This document shows, piece after piece, positions 16,966 through 26,213 of a DNA stretch of 32,000 bases. Location of the stretch: positions 67,800 to 99,799 of the forward strand of contig ACYB01000047.1 in assembly GCA_000175855.1 (NCBI GenBank), in the 5' to 3' direction. How positions within the stretch are numbered: the first letter of the stretch is position 1; every line of letters starts with the position of its first letter. Origin of the DNA: Raphidiopsis brookii D9 (lineage in GTDB: Bacteria > Cyanobacteriota > Cyanobacteriia > Cyanobacteriales > Nostocaceae). The position numbers and the translations under genes are program-made. The notes below the pieces were generated by a model. That model made no database searches. It was not told the origin of the DNA and worked only from the letters and a program-made list of their open reading frames with translations.

Positions 16966-18222
16966 CTACTCCTTCGCACCTGCTTGTATTAATAAGTTAC
17001 TTGTTTCTGCATAATTATTAGATTTTGCAATCATTAGAGCTGTGTACCCACCATGATTTCTTGTGTTTACCTTTGCCCCAGCTTTAATTAACATATCTAC
17101 CGCTCGAATATATCCTTGCTTAGTAGCATACATTAGTGGTGTTATACCTACTGGGTCTTGTAGGTTGACATTTGCTCCTTTTGTCAGAAGCAGTTGAAAA
17201 GTTTCTGGATGGTTACCAATTATAGCTTTAACTAGGGCACTGTTGCCATCTTCAGCCATAACATTTATATTAACCCCACTTCCAATAAAACCTTGACCGT
17301 TTCAGTATGTCCTTGGAATGCTGCTAAGGTCAAGGGGAATTCCCCCAAATTCTTTTTTGCTGCCATCTGCTCCCGCAGCAAGTAGAACCCTGACTATTTC
17401 TTGGTACCCTTGAAATACTGCTAAGATTAGGGGGGTGTCTCCCAAATTATTTCTGATTTCTAAGTTAGCACCCCTATTTATTAGGGTTTTCACTGTCTCT
17501 AGGTGGTTTTCGACAACGCTAAAGTGCATGGCTGTTTCACCATCTTGATCTTGGTGATTAATTTCTGCACCCCCATCTAACAGCACTTGGATAATTTCAG
17601 TATGTCCGCCAGCAGCAGCAGCTAGTAGTGCCGTAGTTCCATCACTATTCTCTAGGTTAGGGTTAACACCATATAATAACAATGTTTTCACTATGTCTAA
17701 GTGACCATTATCCGCTCCCATAATTAACAGGCTTTCAGTCTCACCCTTAACTTGACTATGTTTTAGGAGAATATTCAATATAACCTTATTATTCTGCCTA
17801 ATTGCTAGTTTAAATGCATCCTCATTATGTTCGTCTACAATTTTTGGATCTGCTCCAAAATTTAACAGGTTTTGTACAGTCTCAATGTGACCCTTCTCTA
17901 CTGCTATCATTAATGCTGTACTTCCATCTTCATTGACCGCATTTGTATTTGCTCCTTGAGATGTTAGCAATTTTACTACTTCAACTTGATTATGTGCAGC
18001 AGCTAACATTAATGCTGTTAAACCATGGAGTTTCCTAGGTAAATCAATATCAGCTCCAAACTCCAATAGGCAACGTACAATCTCCGTGTAGCCAAAATTA
18101 GCAGCAAACATTAATGCTGTCGTACCATGGCGATCGCCCGCATCTACTGGAAATCCCGATCCTAGTAATTGACGAACCTGCTGAACATTACCATTTTTCG
18201 CAGCCGTAAGTAAATCAATCAT
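16966..18222 (-). pseudogene. Ankyrin-repeat protein (about 12 repeats), split into 306-aa and 97-aa ORFs by an out-of-frame patch
   Basis: Both ORFs (17302-18222 and 16966-17259) are made of ANK repeats (G.TALM.AA..GH.E.V..LL..GA) and lie in the same frame. Between about 17368 and 17274 only the +1 frame reads as ANK: NLGEFPLTLAAFQGHTETVKVLLEVG. Confidence 0.75.
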
Positions 18223-18371
18223 CTCATTAACCTCAGTTTCAGTAAATACAACTAGTTATAGTGTTATAATTGGTGAATTATTATGGGGAACCCAAGTAAA
18301 TCACTTTTTGCAGTGTTTGCCATAATTTATGCTAAGTTTTATAAAGATTTAATACTTTAGGTAAATAAACC

Positions 18372-18842
18372 ATGAGTTTAGAACTTACTCCAGACGTAAA
18401 ATTCGGTTTACAATTTTTTCATCCTGCAATCATGTGGATATTGTTAGCGCTGTCATTATATGCAGCTTACTTAGGGTTACAAGTACAGCGTACCAGAAAT
18501 GCCCAAGGAGAAGAGAAGAAACAACTAATTAAGGGTAAATATAGCGATAAACACCACAAAATTGGCTCTGTACTCCTAGCGTTGATGGTAGGGGGCTCCA
18601 TTGGGGGAATGGCGGTTACCTATATTAACAATGGTAAGTTATTTGTTGGACCCCATCTCCTAGCTGGTTTAGGCATGACCGGTTTGATAGCTTTTTCTGC
18701 TGCACTGTCTCCATTTATGCAAAAAGGAGCAAATTGGGCCCGGGCCACACATATTCTATTGAATTTTGGAATTTTGGGACTTTTTATTTGGCAAGCTGTG
18801 TCCGGTGTAGAAATTGTTCTGAAAATTATTAGTCAAGCCTAG
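18372..18842 (+). CDS. DUF4079-family membrane protein
   Basis: 156 aa with four predicted TM helices. The pattern FHPAIMW...GKYSDKHHK.G...GPHLLAG is typical of the cyanobacterial/plant family (name from memory). Confidence 0.65.
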   Translation: MSLELTPDVKFGLQFFHPAIMWILLALSLYAAYLGLQVQRTRNAQGEEKKQLIKGKYSDKHHKIGSVLLALMVGGSIGGMAVTYINNGKLFVGPHLLAGLGMTGLIAFSAALSPFMQKGANWARATHILLNFGILGLFIWQAVSGVEIVLKIISQA

Positions 18843-18852
18843 AATAGTTTTA

Positions 18853-18886
18853 ATGTGTAGGTAGATTACTTAATCTCCTTACACAT
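18853..18886. terminator. Hairpin between convergent DUF4079 and DUF1997 genes
   Basis: ATGTGTAGG (18853-18861) can pair with CCTTACACAT (18877-18886), leaving one bulge. There is no clear U-tract. Confidence 0.3.
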
Positions 18887-18907
18887 AGCATAACATCTAA
18901 CCAACTC

Positions 18908-19603
18908 TTAATTTTGCCCATGAAAGTCTTCTTGTACCTTACGAGTTAAGCGCCGAGATACCTGACGGACAACTTGATTTAACAGGCGATCGCCTGTGGA
19001 CTGTACGAGGGAACTTGGTAAGCGTCTGATAAACTTAGGGAATTGCAAATAAACAGTTAAATCTAATTGCCATTCCACTTTGGTAATACCTGGTGTATCT
19101 TCAATGAGTTGCATATAGGCGTTATAGTTAATGTGATAACCGGGAGATTGGTAGTTGGGGATGGGAATGGAGCGGATTTGACATTGATTTTTTCCGGGAA
19201 CTAACAATTCCAGACCTATTTTTGGCTCTACTTCATAACCAAAAGCACCAAACCTACCAATTACCAATGTATAACCATTCTCACCCAGGGGATGAACTAC
19301 CATAGGTTGGGCACAACGTATAAACCATGCTGAATGACAGTTAAAATATTGCATCACCTGTTCACTAGATGCTTGCATTTCCATAAACTCTCGATGATGA
19401 CTATAGAATTTATTAGGAAATGCTTCATAGTTTTCTGTTAGTGCATTCTCAGTAATAAGACGAGATATAGGACTTGACAAAGAAGAATCAAGCTCATGTA
19501 CTCCTAATTCTAAAGACTGAAATTCCCAATTATTTGCTACCATAATTCCATTTTCTCTATAGTCAAAAGTTTTTGTATATTGCGTATCAACCATGGTTTT
19601 CAA
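18908..19603 (-). CDS. DUF1997-family protein
   Basis: ...HSAWFIRCAQPMVVHPLGENGYTLVIGRFGAFGYEVEPKIGLELL... matches my memory of the DUF1997 core. Confidence 0.6.
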   Translation of the reverse strand: MKTMVDTQYTKTFDYRENGIMVANNWEFQSLELGVHELDSSLSSPISRLITENALTENYEAFPNKFYSHHREFMEMQASSEQVMQYFNCHSAWFIRCAQPMVVHPLGENGYTLVIGRFGAFGYEVEPKIGLELLVPGKNQCQIRSIPIPNYQSPGYHINYNAYMQLIEDTPGITKVEWQLDLTVYLQFPKFIRRLPSSLVQSTGDRLLNQVVRQVSRRLTRKVQEDFHGQN

Positions 19604-19776
19604 GCTGAGGTAGCTTGCAAAGACAAAAATTCAAATTTCATAAAAATATGGAAAAAAGCATCTACCAAACAGTTGTGCGTATATAAATACTATGTCATTA
19701 TGTCATCCTATCCAGAGATTCCTTAGAATAAATAACGAAACCAACAAACATATTGTTTCCTAGGATAACCTTAATT

Positions 19777-20403
19777 ATGAAAGCATTTGTAGCAGGTGCA
19801 ACAGGTCAAACAGGTCAGCGGATAGTAGAAGAGTTAGTATCCAGAAATATTCCCGTGCGAGCGCTAGTGAGGGACGAGCAAAAAGCTCGAAATCTTCTTC
19901 CTTCCCAGGTTGAATTAATTGTGGGGGATATTTTGCAACCTGAAAGCCTAATTGCTGCTTTAGGTGACAGCACAGTAGTTTTATGTGCAACTGGTGCTAG
20001 ACCGAGTTTTGACCCGACTGGTCCCTATCAGGTAGATTTCCAGGGGACGAAAAATCTAGTCAAAGCAGCTCAAGATAGAAAAATTCAACATTTTGTCCTA
20101 GTTTCTTCTCTATGCGTTTCTCAGTTATTTCATCCCCTCAACCTATTCTGGTTAATTTTAGTTTGGAAAAAACAAGCCGAAGAGTTTATTAGAAAAAGCG
20201 GAATAAGCTATACAATTGTGCGACCTGGAGGATTAAAAAATGATGATAACTCTGATCAAGTTATTATGCAGGGTCCTGATACTTTATTTGAAGGTAGCAT
20301 TTCCAGAAAAAAAGTAGCTCAGGTTTGTGTAGAATCATTGTTTGAAAAAGCCAGGTGGAATCAGATTGTGGAGATAATTGCTAAACCAGTCAGTTCCAGT
20401 TAA
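19777..20403 (+). CDS. NAD(P)H-binding SDR-family (atypical, NmrA-like) oxidoreductase
   Basis: MKAFVAGATGQTGQRIVEEL is a Rossmann GxxGxxG motif. ...VLVSS... and ...YTIVRPGGL are also present. The ATG at 19777 is preferred over the TTG at 19753. Confidence 0.85.
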   Translation: MKAFVAGATGQTGQRIVEELVSRNIPVRALVRDEQKARNLLPSQVELIVGDILQPESLIAALGDSTVVLCATGARPSFDPTGPYQVDFQGTKNLVKAAQDRKIQHFVLVSSLCVSQLFHPLNLFWLILVWKKQAEEFIRKSGISYTIVRPGGLKNDDNSDQVIMQGPDTLFEGSISRKKVAQVCVESLFEKARWNQIVEIIAKPVSSS

Positions 20404-20467
20404 TAATTTTGAACTCTTAACTGTAACAATCTGATAAAATTTATAAGGTCTCTTTGAGCTAGGAGCA

Positions 20468-21493
20468 ATGGGAACGACTGGTGTAAGAATCGCGATTGAC
20501 GCTATGGGGGGGGACTACGCACCCGCCGAAATTGTTGCTGGCGCACTGCGAGCGAAAGAAGAATTGGATATTCACATCTTGCTAGTAGGTGATCCCCAAC
20601 AAATTGAAGCTGTCATACCCCTTAAAAGCAATAGGTTAGGAATAGAAATTGTCCCAGCCCAGGACACAATTGGCATGGACGAAGAACCTTTAAACGCTGT
20701 TCGTAGAAAGCGTGGAGCTTCTGTCAACGTGGCAATGGACTTAGTTAAAAACAATCAAGCCGATGCTATATTCTCTGCTGGCCATTCCGGAGCAGCAATG
20801 GCATCAGCTTTATTACGACTAGGTAGGTTGCCAGGTATTGATCGCCCCGCTATTGGTACAGTATTTCCTACCATAAAAGCAGGTAAACCAGTATTAATAC
20901 TTGATGTTGGTGCTAATGTAGACTGTCGCCCCAAATTTTTAGAACAGTTTGCGGTGATGGGTTCGATTTATAGCCAATATGTGCTGGGAATCAGTGAGCC
21001 AAAAGTGGGGCTATTAAATATCGGTGAAGAGGAAAACAAAGGCAATGAAGCTGCTGTACGTGCTCACGAGTTATTACGGGAAAACACTCAAATTAACTTC
21101 AGTGGGAATGCAGAAGGACGTGATGTATTGTCCGGCGAATTTGATGTGATTGTCTGTGATGGATTTGTAGGTAATGTGTTGTTGAAATTTGCGGAGGCGG
21201 TAGGGGGTGTAATTTTACAAATACTGCGGGAAGAACTACCCCAAGGTATTAGAGGACAAATTGGCACAGCAATTTTAAAACCTAACCTTAAGCGAGTTAA
21301 GCAGCGCATGGACCATGCTGAACATGGGGGAGCTTTACTATTAGGAGTCAATGGAATTTGTTTCATTGGCCATGGTAGTTCCCAAGCACCCTCTATTTTT
21401 AGCGCCATTCGCATGGCTAAAGAAGCTGTAGATAATCAAGTGCTAGAAAGACTACAGTCCAAATACGAAGTTCTACAGGGTGAACCCCAGTAG
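20468..21493 (+). CDS. plsX: Phosphate acyltransferase PlsX
   Basis: IAIDAMGGDYAP...SAGHSGA...DGFVGNVLLK...GHG are PlsX signatures. Confidence 0.93.
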   Translation: MGTTGVRIAIDAMGGDYAPAEIVAGALRAKEELDIHILLVGDPQQIEAVIPLKSNRLGIEIVPAQDTIGMDEEPLNAVRRKRGASVNVAMDLVKNNQADAIFSAGHSGAAMASALLRLGRLPGIDRPAIGTVFPTIKAGKPVLILDVGANVDCRPKFLEQFAVMGSIYSQYVLGISEPKVGLLNIGEEENKGNEAAVRAHELLRENTQINFSGNAEGRDVLSGEFDVIVCDGFVGNVLLKFAEAVGGVILQILREELPQGIRGQIGTAILKPNLKRVKQRMDHAEHGGALLLGVNGICFIGHGSSQAPSIFSAIRMAKEAVDNQVLERLQSKYEVLQGEPQ

Positions 21494-21542
21494 GAATTCT
21501 GGATGAATTTGAGGTTGTTAAGCCTATCCGCATAGCTTTCTA

Positions 21543-21571
21543 GAAGCGGTTAGCTCAATTCTAACTGCTTC
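21543..21571 (+). terminator. 11-bp hairpin in the 188-nt plsX-fabH spacer (possible attenuator or terminator)
   Basis: GAAGCGGTTAG (21543-21553), a 7-nt loop, then CTAACTGCTTC (21561-21571) with one G-U pair. It is followed by the U-rich CUGAUGUUCUUG. Confidence 0.3.
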
Positions 21572-21681
21572 CTGATGTTCTTGCAGAAAATCTCCACCTC
21601 TAACAAATTCGCTCAACCCAAATGACGGTGGTTTCGTCAGTCAACTAACTGACCGTGAATAAATGACAACGGAGATTAGGA

Positions 21682-22683
21682 GTGCAAAATTTATTCCTAC
21701 AAGGTATGGCAATTACGGGTAGTGGGTCAGCCATAGCAAAAACTACCCTAGATAACCAGTTGCTTACTCAACTGGTAGAAACTTCCGATGATTGGATTAC
21801 CACAAGAACAGGTATTTGTCAACGGCAGTTGGCACTACCTCCAGAATCATTAACTACTTTAGCTACGGATGCTAGTCAACAGGCAATAGCAGCGGCTGGG
21901 ATTAAACCAGAAGATATAGATTTAATCCTGTTGGCAACCTCCACTCCAGATGATTTATTTGGCAGTGCTTGTCAAGTACAGGCTGAAATAGGTGCCGTTA
22001 AAGCTGTGGCCTTTGATTTAACCGCAGCTTGTTCTGGATTTGTCTTTGGACTAGTGACTGCGGCCCAATACATAAGAACAGGAGTCTATCAAAATGTACT
22101 TTTAATAGGTGCAGATGTCCTCTCTCGTTGGGTAGACTGGCAAGATCGTCGCACTTGTATCTTGTTTGGTGATGGAGCAGGAGCAGTGGTACTGCAAGCT
22201 CACAAGAGCGATCGCTTATTAGGATTTGCCCTCAAAAGTGATGGTACACAAAACCACTATCTCAATTTGAGTTACCAAGGTAAGACCCAAGAGATCAAAC
22301 CAAATATTCATACTCCTATAGGTAGTTATGAACCCATCACAATGAATGGTAAAGAGGTTTATCGTTTTGCTGTGCAAAAAGTGCCAGAGGTGATAGACAA
22401 AGCCCTATTTAGTGCTAATTTGACCGTAGAGAGAATAGATTGGTTGATTTTGCACCAAGCCAACGAGCGGATTATCAACGCTGTTGCGCAAAGACTTAAC
22501 ATACCTGATCACAAAGTAATTAGCAACGTTGCTAATTATGGCAATACCTCTGCTGCTTCTATTCCCCTAGCGTTAGACGAAGCAGTGCGCCAGGGAAAAA
22601 TCCAATCCAATGATATAATTGTCACATCCGGTTTCGGAGCAGGGTTGAGTTGGGGTGCAGCAATTTTCCAATGGGGTAAATAA
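21682..22683 (+). CDS. fabH: Beta-ketoacyl-ACP synthase III FabH
   Basis: Catalytic Cys (AACSGFVFGL), His (LILHQAN) and Asn (ANYGNTSAASIP) are present. The GTG start is preceded by GGAG about 9 nt upstream. Confidence 0.93.
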   Translation: MQNLFLQGMAITGSGSAIAKTTLDNQLLTQLVETSDDWITTRTGICQRQLALPPESLTTLATDASQQAIAAAGIKPEDIDLILLATSTPDDLFGSACQVQAEIGAVKAVAFDLTAACSGFVFGLVTAAQYIRTGVYQNVLLIGADVLSRWVDWQDRRTCILFGDGAGAVVLQAHKSDRLLGFALKSDGTQNHYLNLSYQGKTQEIKPNIHTPIGSYEPITMNGKEVYRFAVQKVPEVIDKALFSANLTVERIDWLILHQANERIINAVAQRLNIPDHKVISNVANYGNTSAASIPLALDEAVRQGKIQSNDIIVTSGFGAGLSWGAAIFQWGK

Positions 22684-22729
22684 TTAATCATCCACTCTAA
22701 TGACCAAATTATCAGCAACCAAATATCAA

Positions 22730-23605
22730 ATGACTAAAACTGCATGGGTATTTCCTGGACAAGGTTCTCAGTCCTTAAATATGGGAATAGATCTACTAAA
22801 TATAGAATCTGCCAAAGCCAAATTCGACCAGGCCAGAAACATTTTGGGTTGGTCCGTAGATGAAATCTGTCAGGGTGACGAGGTGAAATTATCACAAACA
22901 GTTTACACTCAACCCTGTTTGTATGTAGTTGAAAGTATCATGGCAGACCTGTTGCGAGCAAGAGGGCAAAAACCAGACTTAGTTGCTGGTCATAGTTTGG
23001 GAGAATATATCGCCCTGTATGTAGCTGGTGTGTTTGATTGGTCAACGGGATTGCAACTGGTCAAACGACGGGGGGAAATTATGGATAATGCAGCTGGAGG
23101 AATGATGGCAGCATTACTCAATTTTGACAGACAGCAATTAGAAGAAGTGATTGCTAAAACCCCCAATATTGTTTTAGCAAATGACAACAGTCCAGCACAG
23201 GCTGTAGTTTCAGGTACACCAACAGCAGTAGAAGCTGTAATGTCTCAGGTAAAAGCAAAACGAGCAGTTGCCCTAAAAGTTTCTGGTGCATTTCATTCCC
23301 CATTAATGAAGAATGCATCCCAGGAATTTCAAGCATTATTAGATGATATAGCTTTTGACACAGCAATAATTCCCGTATCTTCTAACGTTGACCCAATTCC
23401 CAGCACCAATCCCCAGGTTTTGAAGGAACGTTTAATTCAACAGATGACAGGTTCAGTAAGGTGGCGAGAAATTTCCTTACAATTAGCAGAATCTGGGATT
23501 GGGAAAGTCATAGAAATAGGTCCGGGTAATGTATTAACCGGGTTAATCAAACGTACTGTTGAGGGTATAGAACTGAAAAACATCCGGAATCTTGAAGAAA
23601 TTTGA
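22730..23605 (+). CDS. fabD: Malonyl-CoA:ACP transacylase FabD
   Basis: MTKTAWVFPGQGSQ, GHSLGEY and VSGAFHSPLM are FabD signatures. The ATG at 22730 is preferred over 22700. Confidence 0.93.
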   Translation: MTKTAWVFPGQGSQSLNMGIDLLNIESAKAKFDQARNILGWSVDEICQGDEVKLSQTVYTQPCLYVVESIMADLLRARGQKPDLVAGHSLGEYIALYVAGVFDWSTGLQLVKRRGEIMDNAAGGMMAALLNFDRQQLEEVIAKTPNIVLANDNSPAQAVVSGTPTAVEAVMSQVKAKRAVALKVSGAFHSPLMKNASQEFQALLDDIAFDTAIIPVSSNVDPIPSTNPQVLKERLIQQMTGSVRWREISLQLAESGIGKVIEIGPGNVLTGLIKRTVEGIELKNIRNLEEI

Positions 23606-23655
23606 CCAACCACAGGAATAGGATTCAAGCTTTCATGTCTGTCCATCAAGTAGCC

Positions 23656-24462
23656 CTAATTACAAATAAAAACGGGAGGTAAATTAGCACCTGTCAAATT
23701 AGCACCTGTCAAATTAGCACCTGTCAAATTAGCACACCTAAGATTCGCTCCTTGAAGATTGGCACCAGCTAAATTAGCATCTTTTAGATTAGCACCTGTT
23801 AGGTCAGCATTAGTTAAATTAGCTTCCATGAAATTGGCGCGACACAAATAGGAACTTCCTAGATGGGATCTCCTTAAATTTGCTCTAGCCAAATTTGTGT
23901 CATATAAGTAACAATTGATAATTTCAGCCTCATACAAATTACAGTCTTGTAAATTACTACCAATTAAATTTGCTCCGATTAAATTGGCAAAACTCAGATT
24001 ACTGCGTACAAGGTTACTATAAGCTAAATCAACACCGTTTAAATTAGCACAGTGAAAGTCAGTTCCAATTAAGTTAGCACTGGTAACTACTGCATCCTGG
24101 AGGTTTGAATGCTTTAGATCTGCTCCAATCAGGACTGCTTCATCTAAATTCGCACGCATTAAATTGGCATTCTGCAGGTTAGCAACACTTAAATTAGCTT
24201 TTCTAAGATTTGCCTGAACTAATTTAGCGCTATTTAGATTAGCAGCACTTAAATTGGCATCTTGAAAATCTGCTCTTACCAGCAAAGCATGACTAAAGTC
24301 CACCTGATTTAAATTGACATTTTGGAAATTGGCACCACGAAAATTCTCCCCCCTTAAATTACATGTACTTAAATCAACTTGAATTTCTGGGTTTCGCGCT
24401 CTCCAATCTAACCAGGTAACAGCACCTGCTTTGAGTAGGGTAAGATGTGTTTCAATTGCCAT
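23656..24462 (-). CDS. Pentapeptide-repeat protein
   Basis: After a short N-terminal region (~30 aa) the sequence is almost entirely A(D/N)LxG/x pentapeptides. The C-terminus is (GANLT)n. The ATG at 24462 (MAIETHL...) has AGGA upstream and avoids an overlap with ccmP. Confidence 0.85.
   Translation of the reverse strand: MAIETHLTLLKAGAVTWLDWRARNPEIQVDLSTCNLRGENFRGANFQNVNLNQVDFSHALLVRADFQDANLSAANLNSAKLVQANLRKANLSVANLQNANLMRANLDEAVLIGADLKHSNLQDAVVTSANLIGTDFHCANLNGVDLAYSNLVRSNLSFANLIGANLIGSNLQDCNLYEAEIINCYLYDTNLARANLRRSHLGSSYLCRANFMEANLTNADLTGANLKDANLAGANLQGANLRCANLTGANLTGANLTGANLPPVFICN
23681..23740 (-). repeat. Perfect 15-bp x3 tandem repeat, plus one degenerate copy, inside the pentapeptide gene
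   Basis: AAATTAGCACCTGTC occurs at 23681, 23696 and 23711. A degenerate copy starts at 23726. The repeat encodes GANLTGANLTGANLT. Confidence 0.9.
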
Positions 24463-24478
24463 TTTAGTTATCCTGTCA

Positions 24479-25117
24479 CTATTCTTTACGATGGACTTGG
24501 GGAGCACGACCGGGAACATTTTCAATAGCTGCTAAAGCTCCAGCAGCACCAGCTAAAATATCTCGTTCTGTTCCCCCTAGATAAAGTCTGCCAAAACTAC
24601 CCACTGGTAAAACTTCTAGAATATTAATCGCAGCAGCTTTTTCTGCTTCATTAGCAGCTAATGCTGCATAAGCAGCAGGTTCAACTTCCAAAACGTAGAG
24701 GGTTTGTCCAGCTAATAACAGTTGTCCACGACGACTACGGTTGATCAGCTGGGTTTGATAAGCATCAATGTTGCGAATAATTTGACTGGAAATGACTCGC
24801 GGTTTGAGACAGTCCTCTTTTTTGACCCCCAATAAGTCCAAAACTGCTTGTCCTGCTGCTCTTGTTTCCCCCTGGGATCCAGAATGTAGTTCCAACATTC
24901 CATATAGTCTTTCTACTATTTGCCACCCTGGACGCACGGAAGCAGATTTTAAGGCAACATCAGTAATTTTATTGATTTCAATACCGGGTGAAATTTCAAT
25001 CCAGATGGAAGTGTCACCCGGTAGAGGTAAAAAACCTTGGGCCACTGTTCCCATATATGCCGCATGTTGCGGTTGTAAGTTATCTAGAAATACGTAACTG
25101 CGTAATTCTATGCCCAA
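24479..25117 (-). CDS. ccmP: Tandem-BMC-domain carboxysome shell protein CcmP
   Basis: [47 protein letters not shown]...[47 protein letters not shown] closely matches the CcmP sequence as I remember it. 212 aa. Confidence 0.85.
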   Translation of the reverse strand: MGIELRSYVFLDNLQPQHAAYMGTVAQGFLPLPGDTSIWIEISPGIEINKITDVALKSASVRPGWQIVERLYGMLELHSGSQGETRAAGQAVLDLLGVKKEDCLKPRVISSQIIRNIDAYQTQLINRSRRGQLLLAGQTLYVLEVEPAAYAALAANEAEKAAAINILEVLPVGSFGRLYLGGTERDILAGAAGALAAIENVPGRAPQVHRKE

Positions 25118-25192
25118 AGTTTTGCACCTCCGTCTGTTCGTGTCAACAGTTTACCAAAATATCTTCTCAGAAAAACGCGCATTTTGGCACAA

Positions 25193-25318
25193 CTATAACA
25201 AAGAAATGTCTGACACTGGTAGTATGGGTTTAGGGGTAGTTTGATGAGTCAGATTGAGAATGACAACTAGATAAAGTAGAAAAGTAATGAAAACTGCCTG
25301 TATGAGTCTTTGTAGCAT
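25193..25318 (-). CDS. Candidate 41-aa single-TM small protein upstream of ccmP
   Basis: The ATG at 25318 is preceded by a strong Shine-Dalgarno sequence (GGGAGGAG, 6-nt spacer). The product MLQRLIQAVFITFLLYLVVILNLTHQTTPKPILPVSDISLL has one hydrophobic helix. It is below the size cut-off of the ORF track. Confidence 0.25.
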   Translation of the reverse strand: MLQRLIQAVFITFLLYLVVILNLTHQTTPKPILPVSDISLL

Positions 25319-25500
25319 AACACTCCTCCCACTTGATAAATAGCATTTTTAATCTGATTAATTGAACCACTAATCTGAATACAGCTTTAATTAGGATTTA
25401 TCCGAAGACATGTTATGATATCTAGGTCTGCTGCTATATAAAACCTAGACCAAAAGTACCATTATAAAGTTCCCGATACTTTTTTGCTAACTTGGGCAAC

Positions 25501-25529
25501 TTGGGCAACTAGTTAATTTCCCTTAAAAT
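25501..25529 (+). promoter_or_regulatory. Candidate sigma70-type promoter for clpP
   Basis: TTGGGC (25501-25506), a 17-nt spacer, then TAAAAT (25524-25529), about 80 nt upstream of the clpP ATG. The -35 sequence is part of a direct 9-bp duplication, CTTGGGCAA CTTGGGCAA (25491-25508). Confidence 0.2.
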
Positions 25530-25607
25530 AGTAAGATTAGGCTATCAATCCAGTCCATTCTCTCAAACCTCTGATAAAATAAAGGGTAAATAGCTACAAA
25601 TAACCTC

Positions 25608-26213
25608 ATGATTCCTATCGTTATTGAACAATCGGGTCGGGGCGAACGCGCCTTTGATATCTATTCGCGTCTGCTGCGCGAGCGGATCGTTTTTCTGGGG
25701 CAACAGGTAGATAGCAGTTTAGCTAATCTAATAGTGGCCCAACTGCTGTTTTTGGACTCTGAAGACCCGGAAAAGGATATTTATATGTATATCAACTCTC
25801 CCGGTGGTTCAGTAACAGCAGGAATGGGGATTTTTGATACCATGAAAAACATCCGCCCTGATGTATGTACTATTTGTACAGGACTGGCTGCTAGTATGGG
25901 GGCCTTTTTGTTGAGTGCAGGTACTAAAGGTAAGCGCATGAGTTTACCTCACTCCCGCATCATGATTCATCAACCATTGGGCGGTGCTCAGGGACAAGCT
26001 ACAGATATAGAAATTCAAGCTCGAGAAATTCTATATCACAAACGCAAGCTAAACGAATATTTGGCTGAACATACTGGTCAGCCATTTGACCGAATAGCCG
26101 AAGATACGGAGAGGGATTTTTTCATGTCTCCCCAAGAGTCCAGGGAATATGGACTTATTGACCAAGTAATTGACCGACATGCAGCTGGTAGTCGCCCCCT
26201 GGCCTTAGCATAA
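25608..26213 (+). CDS. clpP: ATP-dependent Clp protease proteolytic subunit ClpP
   Basis: The Ser-His-Asp triad context is intact ([29 protein letters not shown]), so this is ClpP and not ClpR. It appears monocistronic. Confidence 0.93.
   Translation: MIPIVIEQSGRGERAFDIYSRLLRERIVFLGQQVDSSLANLIVAQLLFLDSEDPEKDIYMYINSPGGSVTAGMGIFDTMKNIRPDVCTICTGLAASMGAFLLSAGTKGKRMSLPHSRIMIHQPLGGAQGQATDIEIQAREILYHKRKLNEYLAEHTGQPFDRIAEDTERDFFMSPQESREYGLIDQVIDRHAAGSRPLALA

Noticed and set aside
23681-23740. Possible CRISPR-like or other non-coding repeat array.
   Set aside because: The 15-bp units are contiguous with no spacers. They lie in frame inside a pentapeptide-repeat gene and encode GANLT repeats. No cas genes are present in the window.
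25319-25332. ACTCCTCCCAC, which resembles the conserved Yfr1 sRNA motif ACUCCUCACAC.
   Set aside because: It has one mismatch and no flanking stem-loops or terminator. On the opposite strand the same bases form the Shine-Dalgarno sequence of the candidate 41-aa ORF.
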